Both the position numbers and the translations under genes were made by a program. Shown piece after piece: positions 51,317 to 61,410 of a DNA stretch of 64,000 bases. Source of the DNA: Somniosus microcephalus (lineage: Eukaryota); the NCBI GenBank assembly GCA_052327205.1, contig CM126207.1, positions 248,806,001 to 248,870,000 of the forward strand, given 5' to 3'. The first letter of the stretch is position 1, and each line of letters opens with the position of its first letter. The notes beneath the pieces were generated by a model. The model ran no database searches. It saw nothing but the letters and a program-made list of their open reading frames with translations, and was not told where the DNA came from.

Positions 51317-51611
51317 ATTATGTACGTAGTTTGCTTCCAGCCAATAAGACCATTTGCAGCAATCTAAGTGTTTGGAGCAGCGACATTGTGAGCTTCATGC
51401 ACCATAGTGATTCTCAGAGTAAGTGCTTGAACCAAACTGAAAAGAGTTTTAAATTTCCAAGCTGACCATATAGAGTGCATTGTTAAGGGTGTGTAATGTG
51501 TTTTGAGATATCCACACTGTGCACTAACATGTATCAGTAAGAAGAAAAAAAATGTTTTCAATTAAAGATACCCCCGTCAAGTCAACAGGGTATCAATGAT
51601 GAAGCAACATT

Positions 51612-51994
51612 GGAGTCTGGATAGTGCAGTGGGTTAGACACTGGCTTTTTAGCTTTAGGAGCTAGATTCAAATCTAGCTTGGACTAATGAGATGAAAGTC
51701 TCTCCTGTCTTCAGGCTGTGGGAGGACTACATGAAATGAGTTGGGACAGTTTCAATCTAGTTCCTAGTGAGCCTACAGCACAAAAAGGGCCTAATCTGGC
51801 AATAATGGCTAATTTCACTCTGATCAACCACAAGATGGCTACTGTGAGAAACGGTAAGGGCACGAAGATTGGGACTGAGGCACATTGTTGGGGCAAGGTT
51901 TAACTTTTCATCTCACTGTGCTATATGTGTCCTGAAGTGCTCCATTCCTCTGTGCTGACATTCCTCACCTTGAGGTACAAAATTCACAAAAAAA
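51612..51994 (+). mobile_element. Near full-length LF-SINE-like element
   Basis: A tRNA-like head is followed by TGAAATGAGTTGG...AGTTCCTAGTG, TGAGGCACATTG and a terminal AAATTCAC+A-tail, collinear with the LF-SINE consensus as I recall it. Confidence 0.65.
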
Positions 51995-52696
51995 TTACAA
52001 TGTTCTGAAGGATGATAAAGCATGAGGTGGGGCCCACGGATTCACAGAGATCTGAAACAGACGGGATTATCCTGTACCATTCTGGTTACTGTATACTTTA
52101 AGCTTAACACTGGTGACCCCAGTGACCCTACTGATTAAGGAATTGGATACATGAATGAAGTCTAAATCTGCCAAGATTTTAAACACTAACCACAGAACTG
52201 CAAGATATGACAGCAAAACTTGCTGTTTCTGAAAGAGTTTGACAACTGTAGGCACAACATAGCCTTGGAGACTGCTTCAGGATAAGTTCCAATGAACTGG
52301 GAATGACATTATATAAAGGGCTTACTGGTATTACACATCTTAGAATGTAAGCATTCTAATTCATTTGAGAATTAAACAGATGGTAAAAATTAGTTACAGC
52401 GATCAATTTTTAATTGTTGCGAAATAGCGCAGGTTAAACAAGCCTGTACAAAAACACATTGGCACTTATCAAGCAAACTACTGTCAGAGTCTGCAATACA
52501 ATATCATTAACTCTTTGTGTTCTAGCCAATAACATTTATTGCGGCAATTCATTGAAGAAGCTCCCAACAATTTCAATTATTATTTTGACAAAATATGTAC
52601 GAGGCAATCAATCATAGTACGCAGTTAGGATTTAAAAACCATGCAGGCATTAAACTGTTAAAACAGGGTAAATTCTACACGGAAGCAATATAAATA

Positions 52697-53459
52697 CAGG
52701 TAGACTATCCTTTATCCGAACTTCCGAAAACCGAAAACCTCTGAAAACCGAAAGTTTTTTCGTTCAGCGTAAGTCGTGCGCACGACATGACCCGAGTGGC
52801 GCAAAACATGGCAGGAGTGGTCCTCCGGGGCCCAGAACAAGAATTCCTGCAGATTGTCGACACGCCGGCCTTCGCTCTCGATGTTAAGTGTGACTGAGGG
52901 AGCTCTGCCTTTCCCTGTGAGCAGGGCAGAAGGTCACAGAGTTCCCTCCTGGGTAGGAGGTTGCAGGCTGAGCTGGGCAGTGTGAAGGAGGTACCGGGAG
53001 AGTGAACCCAACAATACAGCGGCCCGTCCGATAGCTGCAGCGGCCCGTCCAATATTCTTTTCCCCCCGCCCCCCCCGCCGACCTGATTTGCAGGCCAGCT
53101 TAGCGTAGGAGTCAGCCGATATCCGGCTTTCCCACAACTGGCGGCGGCAGTCGAGCCCCAGACCCCCGCTAAGTCAAGGACTTCAGAGAAGCAGGAAGGG
53201 GAATGAGACACGGAGCAGGGGGAGCTGTAAACAGACTGGGAGCGGCAGCACAGAGAAGCAGGAAGGGGAATGAGACACGGAACAGTCGCAAGAGGTAGCC
53301 TGAACTTTTAAAATTTATGTTAAATACAAATACTAATTACCAAATTAATTTAATGTTCAGAGTTTCCCAGTCTGAAATAATACCTTCTGAAATCCGAAAA
53401 TTTCCGAAAACCGAAACACAGCTGGTCCCAAGGTTTTCGGATAAGGGATAGTCAACCTG
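52697..53459. mobile_element. pogo/Tigger MITE resembling Tigger4(Zombi)/MER46, 763 bp
   Basis: 24-bp TIRs CAGGTAGACTATCCTTTATCCGAA / TTCGGATAAGGGATAGTCAACCTG (2 mismatches), TA TSDs, subterminal CCGAAA repeats, and CGACATGAC and CTGGTCCCAAG blocks. Confidence 0.9.
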
Positions 53460-54946
53460 TACAAGTAATTGTATTTCAGCTATTAGCCCAATTATAATTT
53501 TGGTTACTTCTTATCTGAACATCTATATTACTGTATAATTTTTAATTTATTCCTAATTAAACTAAGGACCACCTGAGCCCAATTTTGCAACCTCTTCTAG
53601 CTTTCTTTCCCCCTACTTTGGCAATCTGCCATCACTACCACAGGGGACCCAGCAAACCCAACAAGCACTGTTGGTCCTATTACCAAGAGGTCCTATTACC
53701 AAGAGGTTCTTTCTAACAATATTACTGAAAAAATAGCTGAGACTCCAGATCCCACTGCATGAGCTCAATGACAGATGTCATAAGATTCAGCACAATGTGT
53801 TAAAATATGCTAGGGCACTCTGATCTTTTTTAATCACTTTGCAGGAGATTACATTTAATATATTATAATGTGCTCTGGCAGAAATCCAAGTCCAATATTC
53901 TTGCAAGAACACGCTACTGTTAATAATACAGGAATATGGCAGATTTCCCCCCCCCCCCCCTCACTAAGAGCTACTGTATCAACAGACAAAATTCTGCCAG
54001 AATCAGGGGGGGAAATAAAAAAATCTACAGTGAAAACTGAAAAGATGCATCATTCTCAGTGTGTTATAATGGGGGAAAGGGGGTTGAGGTGGAGGAGGGG
54101 GTTGGAGCTATGGTTTAAATAGTTTTTTGGGTTGAATTATAATAAATTTAGGGTTTTTTGTATGAAACCTTGTCCAAATTCTAACCTCTGTCATCAGGCC
54201 AGGACCACTATAGATTGATTCTAATTGCATGATTCTGTTGTGAAAGGTGTGCAGTACATGGAAGCATTTATTTTCTGTTCTCTATTAAATACAACATCAA
54301 TGCTGTAGTCACCAACTAAGGACAAACTTTAACTGCATCTTGGTTAAAGTTTAAAAAAAATAGCAAACGAACAGGAACTCGAGTGACAAGACCAACGGTA
54401 CACGGCCAGTTTGTAAGAAAAGTTTCTCCTGGATTGTCTCTGTTGAGATAGTATTATTCGAAATACCAGCATTCCAATACTAACTCGATTAGAATGAAGG
54501 GCAGTAGCAAATTGTATCGCCTAAGATATAGCTAAAAGAATTGCTCAGGCTTTCACAACAAATATTTTAACCGTAAACATTCAAGCATCCCACAGCAATA
54601 TTTTTTGTTTAATATTTATTGAACACTTAGCAAACTTTCTACAACAGATCTCCAACCCAAGGTTAAACTACAATACTCTGTGCCATATATTAGGACTCCA
54701 TATTATATAGTGATTATGGCTCCATAGCTCTAGCATTGCAGCGCCAGACATTCAATTAGCGACCTGAGTTTGAATCCTAGCCTGAATGTGTTTGACTGGT
54801 CCTCAGCCAAGCTCCTTGATGGTACATCGTACTGTCTTATAGTACATAGTGCTCCATCCTGGGAGAGATGATGGGAACAATTTGTCAGGGTAATGCTTCA
54901 GCGTAAACTGCTTTCCCTCCAGTTAGCCAAGGCACTGGCAGCAGCC

Positions 54947-56180
54947 AGATCTGGTCTCACCAAGGCCTTATCTTATACTCCAATCCTCTTGTAATAAAGG
55001 TCAACATACCATTTGTTTTCCTAATTGCTTGCTGAACCTGCATGCTCACTTTTTGTGATTTGTGTATAAGGACACCCTCTGAATACCAACATTTCCCAAT
55101 CTCTCACCATTTAATATTCTGCTTTTATAGTTTTCCTACCAAAATGGATAACTTCACATTTCTCCACATTATATTCCAACTGCCATGTTCTTGCCCACTC
55201 ACTTAACCTGTCTATATCCCTAGCAGCCTCTTTGTGTCGTCAGCAAACTTGGATACATTACTCTCGGTCCCCTCATCTAAGTCATTGGTATAGATTGTAA
55301 ATAGCTGAGGCCCAAGCACTGATCCTTACGGCATCCCACTATTTACAGCCTGCCAACCCAAAACTGACCCGTTTATTCCTACTCTATGTTTTTTGTCCGT
55401 TAACCAATCCTCAATCCATGCTAGTATATTCCCCAATCCCAACAGCCCTAATTTTGTATAATAACCTCTTGTGTGGCACCTCATCGAATGCTTTTTGAAA
55501 ATCCAAATACACTACGTCCACTGGCTCCCCCTTATTTACCCTGCTAGATACAACCTCAAAAAACTCTAACAAATTTGTCAAACACAATTTCCCTCTCATA
55601 AATCCGTGTTGACTCTGCCCAATCATATGATTTTTTAAGTGCCCTGTTACCCTAATAATAGATTCTAGCATTTTCCCTACTACTGATGTCAGTTTAACTG
55701 GTCTATAGTTCCCTGTTTTTGTTCTCCCTCCTTTCTTGAATAGTGGGGTTACATTTACTACTTTGCAATCTGAGGGGACCATTCTAGAATATAGGAAATT
55801 CTGGAAGATCAAAACCAATGCATCCACTATCTCTGTAGTCACCTCTTTTAAAACCCTAGGATGTAGGCCATCAGGTCCAGTGGATTTGTCAGCTTTTAGT
55901 CCTATTAATTTCACTAGTACTATTTTTTTACTAATACTAATTTCTTTAGTTTCCTCATTCTCACTTTATTCCCCACTATTTCTGGATTGTTATTTGTGTC
56001 TTCTTCCACAAAGACAGATGCAAAGTATTTGTTTAACGTCTCTGCCATTTCCTTATTCCCCATTATAATTTCTCCTGTCTCTGCCTGTATGAGACCCACG
56101 TTTACTTTTGCTAATCTCTTCCTTTTTACATACCTATGGAAGTTTTTACAATCTGTTATGATGTCTCTTGCTAGTTTGAG
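54947..56180 (-). mobile_element. CR1 LINE internal fragment (RT domain)
   Basis: Encodes KSTGPDGLHPRVLKE...NYRPVKLTSVVGK...QHGFMRGK...[13 protein letters not shown], with deletions toward the 3' end. Confidence 0.92.
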
Positions 56181-56329
56181 CTTATATTTTTTTATTAAAA
56201 ACTGTATATGGTCTCTCCCCCCCCCACCATAAAATAATGATAAAAAATTGACTAGTTTGAGTAATATTTACATCAGCAATAATTTTTTTTGAAGATGACT
56301 AAAGTCTGTACTTAAACAGAAACTCTTAG

Positions 56330-56525
56330 GATTTGGGCAATGCTGGCAAGGTTGCATTTATTGCCCATTCCTACTTGCCCTGGTTGTGGTGGTAGATCCT
56401 CAGAGCAATTGTTTGTACAACTGCTTGCTTGGCCAATTCAGAGGGCATTAAGAGTCAACTATGTAGTGTGGGACTGGAGTCCCATCCAGGTCAAATATGG
56501 TAAGGATGGCAGGTTCCCTTTGCTG
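56330..56525 (-). mobile_element. SINE fragment whose tail is shared with the LINE at 8206
   Basis: gctggcaagg..gcatttattgccc matches 8240-8270, and ggactggagtc...aaggatggcaggtt matches 41297-41340. Confidence 0.6.
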
Positions 56526-58445
56526 AAATTTAATTTTAAACAACCTAAAAAAGTGATAGAGAGCTCTCCCCAAAATTATAAATGAAACTAACTGACAGAT
56601 TTGTAATGAGTTCACCCCAGATACTCATGACATGCCCAACTCTGGATAAGAACTTTTTAAACTCTGTGGGGGAAAAAAAGCCTTTCTTCCAATTTTTAGG
56701 GGGAACATGCATTGATGATTCATTTTTCTCATTACAGTATTACTAAATGTACTTAGACAAGATACAAGGATTTGGTTACAATACATTATTGAACTTCTTA
56801 TTGCCATGATATTGAGGCTCTAGTAGAGTTCAGAACAAGGAATAAGCCTATCGTGGTAACTTGATATCTTAAGTTACTAGGATGGGCTTAGAGAATTAGG
56901 GTTATTTGTTTTGGAGAAACATAGGGTATGGGGAAATACCATTCAGAGTTAAAAATTTACAATAAAACGGCTGGTGCAGTAGATTTGGAGAAGATATTGA
57001 AAATGATGATGATAATAGGACTCATCGATAAAATACATGAGCAAAAGAAAACCCATCAGATGTTATTTCTTCTATCAAATTGCCGCTCTGGAACGTGTGA
57101 GCATTTTACAGACTCACAGGTTAATACTAACTCTTCTCACCTATTCAGAAATGTTGGGCAATACTGAAGGGTAGTGATGCACCATCTCACTATTTTTCAA
57201 ATATGCCTAAAGGTTTTGTTGATCCTTCTAAGTCAGACCTTTGAGCAAGATGTTCACACGAAACTGCCATTATCCAATCTGCAATAGCATCGAGCTTGCT
57301 TTAGATTGAGGCCTGCTAACTGGTGGGTGTAGTTTCACCCAAGAAAAGCCTTTGTATGACATCAATTACTCTGCCTTGTGTCATAAATTATTCAAATTCA
57401 AATTATCCAGCATTGTAAAATTAGATTAGTTCCTGTAGATCAGGTTCATCTCAGACTTTTAGGGTTAGGATTGTTTGCTCAAGGCCAGAATCTAAACAGG
57501 CCAACGTTACAAACGGATCCGTAACAGAACTATTACTGTACTGTTTTTCGTTATGCATCAATATTCTTCCGTTACTAACTCATTCTATATTTTATGATAC
57601 TTATGTAGATGATACTTTTAACTACTAGTTAGCAACTTCCCCTCTTCTTTTGCTGGTTACTGGGGGACTCTCCTCCAAACTTATCAAGTGAAGCTTGAAA
57701 ATTGCTTTTTAAATAATAAAGAAAATGCAGCGTCTTACGGTCTCATAACAAAATCAAATTTCACATTAAATTAATGGGAAACTTGTTGATAACGGTGAAA
57801 CAGCCAAATACACTGGAGACATTCTGGATGAAAATCTCAGTTAAACTATAAAAACTGGTCCAACGTTCTTTTTAATTCAATTGCATTTGATCTAGTCTTA
57901 CTTTAAAACATGGTAAACTTTTTCTGAATACCCTCGTTACTGTTCACTTTATGTATTGTCTGTCTATCTGGGGACAAGTACGCCAGGCTGATTTACAGTT
58001 AACAGTTAAACTGTATAATAGAGGTCATCATATCCCTTTATAATGCAGACCTCAATTTACATCACTGCTATTTATTCAAAGACTATAAAATCTAGTCTTT
58101 TTATGAGAAGTTTAACATTTCACATTCAGTTTTAATATTTTTTTATATATAAGTGCCATCATGGACATGCTCCAGGGCAGTTATCACAAAAAAACTTTTG
58201 AAACCCACCCAATTCAAGGACAAATGATTATCAGGCTGGCTATTAGACTGAGTGATCATTTCTCAGTGCAGGGTTCCACTGGAATCAACCCTTTTATAAG
58301 CTTACATTTCCTGTAACTTGTAAACATGTATGTTAGTTTGCATGGCATTTTGTAACCTTCTGAAATATATGCATCAATGTATTGCACAATAGTTAAGAAG
58401 AACTATGTGGAAAATATTTGAAATAATAAAGTTATTATCTATTAC

Positions 58446-61098
58446 CTAGTGCAGGTGCAAGTGCTGATACTGCGTTTGTTGGGTCCAGTTGGAATCCACC
58501 CAGCATAAACTGTGTGTCGGTTGCATTTTCCAGCTTCAGGCCAGGGAGGTTCATGTTCTGGGCCAGGTAGTACTGGTAAAGCTCGGCCTCTGCAGGTGCC
58601 AAGTTGCTGAGGCCTAAGTGTCTGTTGTGCTGAATCTGGTTCATGTTCTGCTGGAGCAGCATCATGTTGTGCATGTGCTTCTCGCTGGTCATATGAATGC
58701 GCAGGTTCCTGGCTACATTCGTTTCGTAGTCGCACACCTCGCACCGCCAAGTGGGTTTGGTTTTTGGTTTGGTGGGCGAGGAGGCCCCGCAGGTGCTCAT
58801 ACTGGCGGCAGCGGCGGCAGCAGCCGCCACAGCCGCTCCAGCAGTGTGGCTGAAAACTTGATCGCCCCCGCCATTCTGTAGGTTCTGCATGTTATTGAGA
58901 TGCTTGTCAGACTGCATATGAATACTGAGATTGCCTTTGGTTGTAGTGGAGTAGTTACACACCTCACATCGGAAAGGCTTGTAACCACATGTATAGCTCT
59001 CGCCCCGGGCCAACCGCGGGTGAGGTTGCCCAGATTTGCAATACACACATGAGCCACCGGATTCTGGGTGTTTTTCCTTCATGTGGGCCTCCAGCGTCTG
59101 CTGGTACTTGTAGTGCCAGTTACACTTTGGACACTTCAAGGTCTTGCATGAGTTCCGAGAATGCATCATGGTCATGTGCCCACCAAGGGAACGGGAGGAG
59201 CCCAGGACCGTGTCGCATTTCGGACACTCAACGCTGCTTCCGGATGAGCATTCCCCACCCCCCAGGTCGCAGGGAGTGCTGGTATGCTGGTGATGGGAGG
59301 TATAGAGTCCTTCCTCGCCATCGACAGGTTCATTTGGTTCAGGAGCTGTGGCACTGTCTTTATTGGCACTTTCATCTACAAAGTCCGTCCTATTACTCTC
59401 AGTATTACCGACACTGCTGTCGCCGCTTGCACTGTCGCATGACAAGCTCACTGCATTCCTCCCGTTTGCACCATCGAAAACAACAAAGGAAGAAGTAGAA
59501 GAAGAAGAGGTGCCCCTTGGAGAAGGGTTCAGCACATTAGGCATTAAAGGAGATTTAGAAATGCTTTGGTTTGAGAGAGCGAGTTCCTTGCTGCTACATG
59601 CATCACCCTCAGGGTCTTCCTGGGGCTCATCATCATCATCCTCATCCGACTCATTTGGGAACAGTTCTTTGCACTCCTCATCTTCCTCTGCTTGTTCAGC
59701 AGAGTCCGCCTTTTCTATGAGGCTGCTGTCAGCGCTAAACTCTCCACTGGCTTTTTTCTTCTCAATTTCCATCCCCAAATCCTTGCTCTCTGACATTTTG
59801 GTAGGCCCGGAAGCAAGGTGGCCCAGAGGGACTGAGGTAATTGGGGTCTTTAGGGCTGAGCTCGTCAACCCTCCAAGGTTCAACAGAGCACTTTGTGCCA
59901 GCGGGATTGAATGAGGCTGCTCAGCTGCACTCGTGTTACCTTCAGAGTCTTTTAATAAAGCCAAACCGGCCTGGACAGCCTCATCACCATCAACATGGAT
60001 TCCACTAAAAGTACCGTAGAAGTTCTGACCAGGGCCAATGAGGTTAGCTGTGGAAACTAAAGGGTGTTGAAAGTTTTTGTTTTTTGGTTCCAGAAAGCTT
60101 ATAAGAGGTTCCTTGTCTTTGCCTATCCCTTGGATGATAGCAGACACGTTCTTATTACTTAAGAGCTTGTGCTCCTCTTCACTAAGGGTCATTCGGTGGT
60201 CATGCACAGCATGCGTTACAAATGACCTCACATATCCAAAAGACAACTTGCACAAAAAACACATTAAAATCGGCTTTCGTTTGCCATAGAGCACGAAACT
60301 GTCAAACTTAGACAAGTCCACATTGTTAGGGACATCTTTGGATACACAAGAGTTTTTGGCAGAGCCATCACTGTTCAGGTAATCCTTGTTGCTTTTGTGT
60401 CGCACATCAAAAACACGGAAAGTGTGCAAGACAGGACTGATGCCTGTCAGTGCTGAGGTATTTGGGAATGCCTGGTCAGAACCAAACCACTTCCCAAAAG
60501 ATGAGGCTATGTGAAAAGTGTTGATGATCTGTGGGTAGACAGAGACGGATGCTGCGGAGGTGGACTCCCCTTGCTTATTCCCAGCGTTGGACATAGAGTT
60601 CATGAACAATGCCGGGAGAACACTACTGCCACTGGGCCCTCCAGACTGGATACTTTGCATTAGCTGGTTCACATTCTCTACGATGTAGGCAGAGCCATCT
60701 GGCTGATAGACGATCTCCCCAGCCAGGTTCTCCACATCGCTTTCCTCTGCCTCGCTCATTTCACTGTCACTTTCCTCCTGGAGGAGCTGAGGGTGGGAGT
60801 TCGGGCAATGGTGTTCCATGTACTTTTGTAAACTTGAGAATGAGGATGAGCACTCGTTGCAGCTGACCTCCTTCGTGGACAATGAGCTGTGTGAAACAAC
60901 AGCCGCTGCAGCAGTCTCTGAGCTGCACTCGTTGAAGGGTGCCCTTAGGTTCTCACACGGGACGCAGTTCTCTCGTGCAGACTCCATTGAACCAGCTTTA
61001 TCAGAGACCTGGGGGTTGGATTCAGTCCATTCCTGATGCTGGGAGGTGCTGCACCCATCCTCTTGCCCAGTGATGGTAGGGGAGTCACAGGTTTCCAT
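58446..61098 (-). CDS. ZFHX3: Zinc finger homeobox protein 3 (ATBF1), first coding exon (equivalent to human exon 2), 884 codons + 1 nt
   Basis: The 887-aa ORF carries C2H2 fingers ([131 protein letters not shown]). ZFHX3-type segments include [41 protein letters not shown], a poly-Ala tract and QHNRHLGL. It ends at donor CTAG|gtaat (phase 1). Confidence 0.96.
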
Positions 61099-61144
61099 AG
61101 TGATGGCTACATGAGCGTTTCATTGCATCCAGTCCGGCAGGGGC
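61099..61144 (-). other. ZFHX3: 5' UTR portion of the first coding exon, with splice acceptor and three upstream AUGs
   Basis: The minus strand reads ttttatgtttcaatttttag|GCCCCTGCCGGACTGGATGCAATGAAACGCTCATGTAGCCATCACT-ATG. The polypyrimidine tract ends in AG at 61146-61145. Confidence 0.82.
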
Positions 61145-61410
61145 CTAAAAATTGAAACATAAAAGAAATAAATAAATGCATTGTACATAGAAATAAACTC
61201 TAACATCTGACATACTGCTACCAAATACTTTTGGATAAATTGGCCCTTAGAGTAATATATTCCTTCTATATTTTACAGAAAACTGAGTATCTGCAAGATT
61301 AACATTCCATAAAATTCTAAAGCCTGAATTACTCTTGGCAATATAAGTGGACAAAGGCCTGCCCACTATTTTAGCAGGAATATTAGCTAATTTCAAATAA
61401 ATCGATTAAT

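Larger units (their letters stand above)
44810..58445 (-). other. ZFHX3: ZFHX3 intron between the two coding exons (13,636 nt, GT-AG, phase 1)
   Basis: gtaat donor at 58445, cag acceptor ending at 44810, and an in-frame junction. Confidence 0.9.

Noticed and set aside
53674-53706. 16-bp tandem duplication GGTCCTATTACCAAGA (also a 21-bp duplication near 62550)
   Set aside because: Ordinary slippage duplications.
58442-61036. Antisense and alternative-frame ORFs over the exon (e.g. 59348-59914+, 58989-59498+)
   Set aside because: They are shadows of the coding sequence's codon bias, with no independent domain or splice evidence.
58446-61098. Assignment to ZFHX4 because of the METCDSP start
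   Set aside because: Diagnostic segments in both exons ([21 protein letters not shown], poly-Ala, [20 protein letters not shown]) are ZFHX3-type.
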